Shown: positions 58,391-63,072 of the stretch, one piece after another
How positions within the stretch are numbered: position 1 is the first letter of the stretch
Layout: the number at the start of each line of letters is the position of its first letter
IMG/VR virus record: IMGVR_UViG_3300025660_000448
Span: 1 to 63,072 of that record
Length of the DNA: 63,072 nucleotides
Reading direction: 5' to 3' (one strand)
DNA from: a virus
Taxonomy: Duplodnaviria; Caudoviricetes
Position numbers and translations under genes: made by a program
The notes under the pieces: generated by a model
Databases searched by the model: none
What the model was told of the DNA's origin: nothing
Seen by the model: the letters and a program-made list of their open reading frames with translations, nothing else

Positions 58391-58852
58391 ATGGGGAAAT
58401 TTATAATAATTAGTTCAGCATTTGTTCTCTTAATGTTTTGTGTTAACACATCTTCCAAATCTGTTTTGACTATATTCCAAGAATGTACACAAATCAAATA
58501 CATAGAAGAAGATTTCAAGAAGGATGAATGGCAAAGTCCTGAAAAACACAAAAAATAAAAAAAGGAGATTGTGAAGATATTTCTATACTTTTTGCTTTCT
58601 TTATTACGCCAAAATGGGTATGATGCTAATGTTGTCTTTGGATTGACACATGTAAAATCCAAAAAATTTCATGCGTGGGTAGAACTTAAGTTCAAAGGCA
58701 ACGTTTATGTTATGGACCCCACAGTAGGGTTTATCGCTCAGAGAAATGGAATGCCGAACCAAACATATATTCAAGTTTTAGGAATTCCTAAACTCTTAGA
58801 AAAAATAACCGAATATGAAAAACGAACTGGGATGAAAATAAGAAATCCCTAA
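58391..58852 (+). pseudogene. Transglutaminase-like cysteine peptidase interrupted by two compensating frameshifts
   Basis: Signal peptide + DEWQSPE in frame 0, KKGDCED in the -1 frame, HAWV and VMDP back in frame 0. Confidence 0.8.
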
Positions 58853-58905
58853 GAAAAAAACGGGAAAATGCTAGTTTTCCCCTAGTAAAACAGGTATACT
58901 ATCAC

Positions 58906-59754
58906 ATGGCTAAATATCGACAAGGCGGCTGGAACAAGACGCCGAAACCAACTGGATATAAAATGAATTCATTCAAGCACAATTTTCTTAAATGCTCTTG
59001 TGGAAAAAAGCATTGTAGGGTTTGTTCTAAACAAATAGAAAATGTTTGTACTAAATGCGGATTATCAAAGGAAACACTAACCACAAGTTGCTGCGGCAGT
59101 CCTTTAACTAAGGAAAGTTTTGAAAGCGTTCAAAACGGCACTTTAGATTATCACGTAGAAAAAGGAGGGTGGATACACATCAATAAAGATGGCGAATCAG
59201 ATGGCACAGCAATCGAACCGTCTGAAGCTGGGATTCCTGAAGTTGGGACTCCTGAAGCTGGGAATCCTGAAGCTGGGAATCCTGCTGGCAGAATTACAAC
59301 TGGTAGAATTATTTCAACGAATCCTTGCGGTGAACAACCACTAACTGTAAATGGCGGCTATAGCGCATGGAGAGCTAATCGGGCTTCAAATCAAAATTCA
59401 GTCTATGTAAGTAATGAGTCAGATTATCCTCAAGGGAACCTAGGTAGCATTCAGGAAGAAATAGGTGGCGGTCCTTATGATTCTGTAGATGAATATGATG
59501 GATGTGATGATGAATATGATGGATGTGATGATGAAACTGATGATGTTGTTGCAATAAATGAAATCAAAAGAAAAGTCATTAAAAAAGTTAGGAAATCGAA
59601 ATCTCTCCACGGCCTCAATGAAGCTAAAAATAAAGACTTATATGGTTATAATCCTATCTCGGCAGAACCAGACCCACGCCGAAGAAGACGCTCAAAATCT
59701 CCTAAATTAGAAAAACCTAAAAAGATAAAAATAAAACCAAGGAAAAAGGCATGA
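58906..59754 (+). CDS. Hypothetical protein, Cys-rich N-terminus and short repeats
   Basis: PEAG(N/I/T)-like 15-bp repeats, DEYDGCD x2. Confidence 0.6.
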   Translation: MAKYRQGGWNKTPKPTGYKMNSFKHNFLKCSCGKKHCRVCSKQIENVCTKCGLSKETLTTSCCGSPLTKESFESVQNGTLDYHVEKGGWIHINKDGESDGTAIEPSEAGIPEVGTPEAGNPEAGNPAGRITTGRIISTNPCGEQPLTVNGGYSAWRANRASNQNSVYVSNESDYPQGNLGSIQEEIGGGPYDSVDEYDGCDDEYDGCDDETDDVVAINEIKRKVIKKVRKSKSLHGLNEAKNKDLYGYNPISAEPDPRRRRRSKSPKLEKPKKIKIKPRKKA

Positions 59755-60194
59755 CCTTATCTAACACAATACGAGAACAAATTATTCAAGCAATGAAGTC
59801 GGGGGATACATTTGCTAGGGATGTTCTAAAATATGCAGTTAGCGAAATACAAGCGGCTCAGAGCAGGGCCAAGAATGGAATTTCCGAAGAAGACGAACAA
59901 AGAATTATTCGTAAAATAATTATTATGAATGAGGCAAATTTTGAGTATGCTGATTCTGAAGAAAAATTAGATACACTCAAAAAAGAGAATGAAATACTTA
60001 CAGCATTTCTTCCCGCTATGATGGACGCAGAAGAAATAATTGAACTTCTTAATCCACACCACCCAGACATAAAAAATTGTCCTTCAGATGGACAAGCAAT
60101 AGGGATTGCAATGAAGGCTTTAAAAGGTGGTGATAAAAAAGCTGATGGTAATATGGTCGTTAAAATTGTTAAAGAAATTAGAAGTGATATTTAG
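59751..60194 (+). CDS. GatB/YqeY-domain protein
   Basis: AMKSGD, E.EIL..FLP, G.AMK.LKG..ADG..V. Confidence 0.85.
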   Translation: MTLSNTIREQIIQAMKSGDTFARDVLKYAVSEIQAAQSRAKNGISEEDEQRIIRKIIIMNEANFEYADSEEKLDTLKKENEILTAFLPAMMDAEEIIELLNPHHPDIKNCPSDGQAIGIAMKALKGGDKKADGNMVVKIVKEIRSDI

Positions 60195-60225
60195 AGGAAA
60201 GTTTTTACAAAAAATATACTCCGAA

Positions 60226-60261
60226 ATACTATATAATTACAAGAAAGGAATTGTATAGTAT
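60226..60261 (+). promoter_or_regulatory. Start-codon-masking hairpin leader
   Basis: ATACTATATAATT / AATTGTATAGTAT 13-bp stem (one U-G), AAGG in loop, ATG 60260. Confidence 0.75.
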
Positions 60262-60841
60262 GCCAAGTAATTCTAAAGAATGGAGACGTAAAAAACTAGA
60301 AAAAGGATTATGTTATACATGTGGGAAAAACCCACATAATCCTAATAGAAAAGAATGTGAATCTTGTCGAAAAAAAAGAAACAAAAGACAAAGAGAAGAT
60401 TATCACAAAGGGACCAAAAGTACTAAAACAAAAAAAGCTTTATCTGACAAATATCAAAAGTTGAAAAAACAAGGATTATGTACTAAATGTGGCAAAAAAG
60501 AAACGATAAAAAATAAGACAACATGTAAACTATGTTCAGAAAGAGTGAAAATTCGTTATAACGAATTAAAAGATACTGTATTTGAAGGATATGGCGGTTA
60601 TTCTTGTAAATGTTGTGGAGAAACTATTAAAGAATTCCTCACATTAGACCATATCAATAATGATGGGGCTGAACATAGAAGAAAAATTTTTGGCGAAAAT
60701 GGTCGTCGGTGTGGGTCTGGAAGAACCTTATATCTTTGGATAATTCGAAATAACTTTCCTCCAATTTTTCAAGTATTGTGTTCTAATTGCAATTGGGGAA
60801 AAAGAATGAATGATGGTATATGCCCCCATGAATCGTATTGA
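60260..60841 (+). CDS. HNH homing endonuclease with zinc-finger repeats
   Basis: GLC..CG repeats; CKCCGE...LTLDHINNDG...LCSNCN. Confidence 0.85.
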   Translation: MPSNSKEWRRKKLEKGLCYTCGKNPHNPNRKECESCRKKRNKRQREDYHKGTKSTKTKKALSDKYQKLKKQGLCTKCGKKETIKNKTTCKLCSERVKIRYNELKDTVFEGYGGYSCKCCGETIKEFLTLDHINNDGAEHRRKIFGENGRRCGSGRTLYLWIIRNNFPPIFQVLCSNCNWGKRMNDGICPHESY

Positions 60842-61817
60842 AATAACAAAAACAGGAATCAACTTCCTTTATCACGATGATGTGATTTTAAAAGAAACTG
60901 GAAATTGGTTCTATAGAACAACAGAAATAAAAAATGCATGGCCTTACTTCCGTGAGCTATGCACAATTGCCAATGGGGTAACATGGGAAGATTTGTTGAA
61001 TGTCATTTTAACAAACGAGTCTCTTAAGTATTTTGTAGAAACATGCTATCCACATTATCTTTTCGTCGCCCCTCTTAATGTTATTTCAAGAAATGTAATT
61101 GTTAAAAATCACAGCATTAGAATAGAACCCGTTTTATGCCCATCATCCGCAACAGATAAACCACTTATATTAGATGATAAAATAACAGTAAAAAACAATG
61201 ATAGAACCCCACTCCCAGCTTCTATGAAATGGACTCTTCTTGAAATTCTTGATATTTTATTCTCAAGTGCCAAATCTACATACTCCTGTTTTCTTTCTTA
61301 TGACGGTCTTAGGGATGAAGGCTATAATTTAATTCCCCATTCCGACACAATGACGTGTCTTATGTCTCATTGTGCAATATCTTCACAAACTACTCTGGGT
61401 GATATTTTTAGATTTGTAAATAACAATAAAATGTTAAAAGCTTTCATGAGCGAATATTCGTTATGCAACATAGCCCAGTTCCATAAAGCAGCCAAAACAA
61501 AACCTAATAGATTTTCTACCGATGTTAGATATTTACAAATAGGTTTATATGGGGAATTTTTCAGCAAAAAATTCTATATTGGAAGCAAATTTTATGGCGT
61601 AGCAAAGAAGCCAACCGGAACAGAAATAAGCGTTACAACAACTCCTTTGAATGAATTGGTCCATCTTCCCGTTTTAACAGATAATAAATTTACGATTAGA
61701 TTCGCTAGAAATTCCAAAACATTTGCTAGTTGTTTTAAAGATTTCACCATTCTAGATATTCTTCACGCCATTTATTGGGACATTGGATTACTATCCCCCG
61801 AAAGGTGCAGCAGATAA
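60828..61817 (+). CDS. Hypothetical protein with degenerate internal duplication
   Basis: TWEDLL/TLGDIF and WTLLEILDILF/FTILDILHAIY pairs. Confidence 0.6.
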   Translation: MNRIEITKTGINFLYHDDVILKETGNWFYRTTEIKNAWPYFRELCTIANGVTWEDLLNVILTNESLKYFVETCYPHYLFVAPLNVISRNVIVKNHSIRIEPVLCPSSATDKPLILDDKITVKNNDRTPLPASMKWTLLEILDILFSSAKSTYSCFLSYDGLRDEGYNLIPHSDTMTCLMSHCAISSQTTLGDIFRFVNNNKMLKAFMSEYSLCNIAQFHKAAKTKPNRFSTDVRYLQIGLYGEFFSKKFYIGSKFYGVAKKPTGTEISVTTTPLNELVHLPVLTDNKFTIRFARNSKTFASCFKDFTILDILHAIYWDIGLLSPERCSR

Positions 61818-61895
61818 GGATTAGCTTATCTGCTGCATAAGAGGCCCGTTTCAATTATTGTGGTCATCCACACCCGTTCGTGTTGGGCCTCTTTT
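61806..61895. terminator. Tandem hairpins after 60828-61817
   Basis: TGCAGCAGATAAG / CTTATCTGCTGCA and AAGAGGCCC / GGGCCTCTT. Confidence 0.55.
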
Positions 61896-61999
61896 GGTTT
61901 CCTTAAAGAAAACGCTTTATTTATAAACATCAAAGGTGGCTTTTAATTCAAAAAATAATAATAATCTATATATACATTTAAGTTAAGGAGAAACCAAAA

Positions 62000-62287
62000 A
62001 TGGCAGACAAAGGCAATGTTTTATTAGATTATGAAATTACCGATAATGAAATGGCATTCATCGGGGCAAACCGTCTTATAAAAGTATCAAATACAATGTT
62101 AGAGCAAGTTGAAAATTATCTTAGAGAGGTGAGAAAGATAGTTTCAACTTACGGTAAAGCCGAATTAATATTAGCTTTAGGGGCTACAGCGGCAACAGAA
62201 ATGCAAGGTCTATATAATAGAAGTACCGCTTTCATAGAAGGAACAGCGGCCGAAATAGTAGTGCCGCCAATAGAACCTGTTGTTTAA
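62000..62287 (+). CDS. Hypothetical protein, paralogue of 52578-52853
   Basis: AAGGAG RBS, TATATA upstream, clear sequence similarity. Confidence 0.75.
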   Translation: MADKGNVLLDYEITDNEMAFIGANRLIKVSNTMLEQVENYLREVRKIVSTYGKAELILALGATAATEMQGLYNRSTAFIEGTAAEIVVPPIEPVV

Positions 62288-62334
62288 AGTTTATGTGATT
62301 CCCATACATAAAAACAAAAACTATTATGTGCGTC

Positions 62335-62413
62335 TATCAACAAATTGTTTCGGTGGGACAGATATAATGCAATCACACTCACACACCATGAGATAGTCTG
62401 TATCAAACTCATT
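62335..62413 (-). pseudogene. 79-bp remnant of a GT25-like glycosyltransferase gene (repeat copy 2)
   Basis: Encodes NEFDTDYLMVCECDCIISVPPKQFVD versus NEFDTDYLLVCECDCMISVPPKQFVD in 55006-55689. Confidence 0.85.
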
Positions 62414-63072
62414 TACCAATCTACACCTTTTAATTCTACTCTTTGATTAATGCCAACACACTGAAACCTCGTTTTACCAATATCAGCATGTTTAGTGAGG
62501 TGGTAATGTCCAAAGTACCATCGTTCCGGTTGCCATTTATCAAAGGCACATTCCAAAGCAAATTGGGTAGTTGTTTGCCAATGCCTTTTTGTCGAACGTG
62601 GAAATAGAGTGTATTGAGCAGTTGAGGGACACTCATGAGAAACCACAATGCGTGGTTTTATGTCTGCAAACATTTCAATCATTTTAAGAAGAGCTTTATA
62701 TTTAAGCTGCTCATAGTCCCACCAATCTATACCAATAGTTCTTCGCTCAAAATCAATAGAAAAAGCCCCGCTGATATAAAAGATTCCCGAATTCTCATCA
62801 TATCCATAATCTCCAACATAGTTGGGATGATTAGCAACAAACTTCCTATCGTCATGATTTCCGCATAAAAACTTGTGTTGTGGCATTGCAGGAATAGATT
62901 CTAAATCTTTACTCATTAGAGATTCCGCCAGAACTTTTCCCCGCTTGTTTTTTTCTGGAGGAAATCCCCAACCAAAATCACCAAGCTGAATAGAGCTACT
63001 AGCAGCCTTGATTCCTTTAGCCAAGTACCAATTAAAAGCACCGTGTATGTCACCTATAAAATACATAATCAT
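62413..63072 (-). CDS. Calcineurin-like metallophosphoesterase
   Basis: GDIHG, GDFG, GNHD, SHECP, GHYH. Confidence 0.9.
   Translation of the reverse strand: MIMYFIGDIHGAFNWYLAKGIKAASSSIQLGDFGWGFPPEKNKRGKVLAESLMSKDLESIPAMPQHKFLCGNHDDRKFVANHPNYVGDYGYDENSGIFYISGAFSIDFERRTIGIDWWDYEQLKYKALLKMIEMFADIKPRIVVSHECPSTAQYTLFPRSTKRHWQTTTQFALECAFDKWQPERWYFGHYHLTKHADIGKTRFQCVGINQRVELKGVDW

Noticed and set aside
61839-61893. Possible small ribozyme
   Set aside because: No hammerhead CUGANGA/GAAA core or other recognisable motif; treated as a terminator-like hairpin
55401-62413. 79-bp repeat pair as a DGR template/variable region
   Set aside because: Mismatches are not confined to adenines of one copy, are mostly third-position changes, and no reverse transcriptase is present
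1-63072. Stop-codon reassignment, and the many short antisense ORFs in the track
   Set aside because: Conserved genes are full length in code 11 with TAA, TAG and TGA all used as stops; antisense ORFs overlap well-supported genes and lack motifs

Overview
AT-rich, gene-dense fragment of a large tailed-phage genome with a T4-like replication/recombination core: UvsX, gp32 SSB, UvsY, gp41 helicase, UvsW, a sigma-like protein, a compact PolA and RNase HI. It also carries nucleotide-metabolism genes (IMPDH/GMPR, thymidylate synthase, dCMP deaminase, DUF5664, Qng1-like queuosine salvage), tail-fibre/adhesin-like genes, glycan-modification genes (HldE, GT9, sulfotransferase, FkbM), an R-M cluster and five homing-endonuclease loci. 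No tRNA, rRNA or CRISPR was seen. Main observations: (1) a 1.3 kb EcoRI-like operon fragment (truncated R, intact M) splits the AP2 domain of a GIY-YIG endonuclease and holds the only GATC sites I found in the window; (2) an IMPDH/GMPR gene is fractured by a naturally split intein with a free-standing endonuclease between the halves; (3) a TATATA-motif plus start-codon-masking hairpin precedes each endonuclease locus, two of which also have a small Xis/MerR-type HTH partner; (4) two intergenic candidate structured RNAs, one with a possible pseudoknot; (5) a possible adhesin-heptosylation module; (6) a family of proteins with T4-like capsid-targeting motifs, including an ADP-ribosyltransferase-like protein; (7) a phage-borne PEP-CTERM protein. 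All family assignments come from motif recognition by eye; no searches were run.
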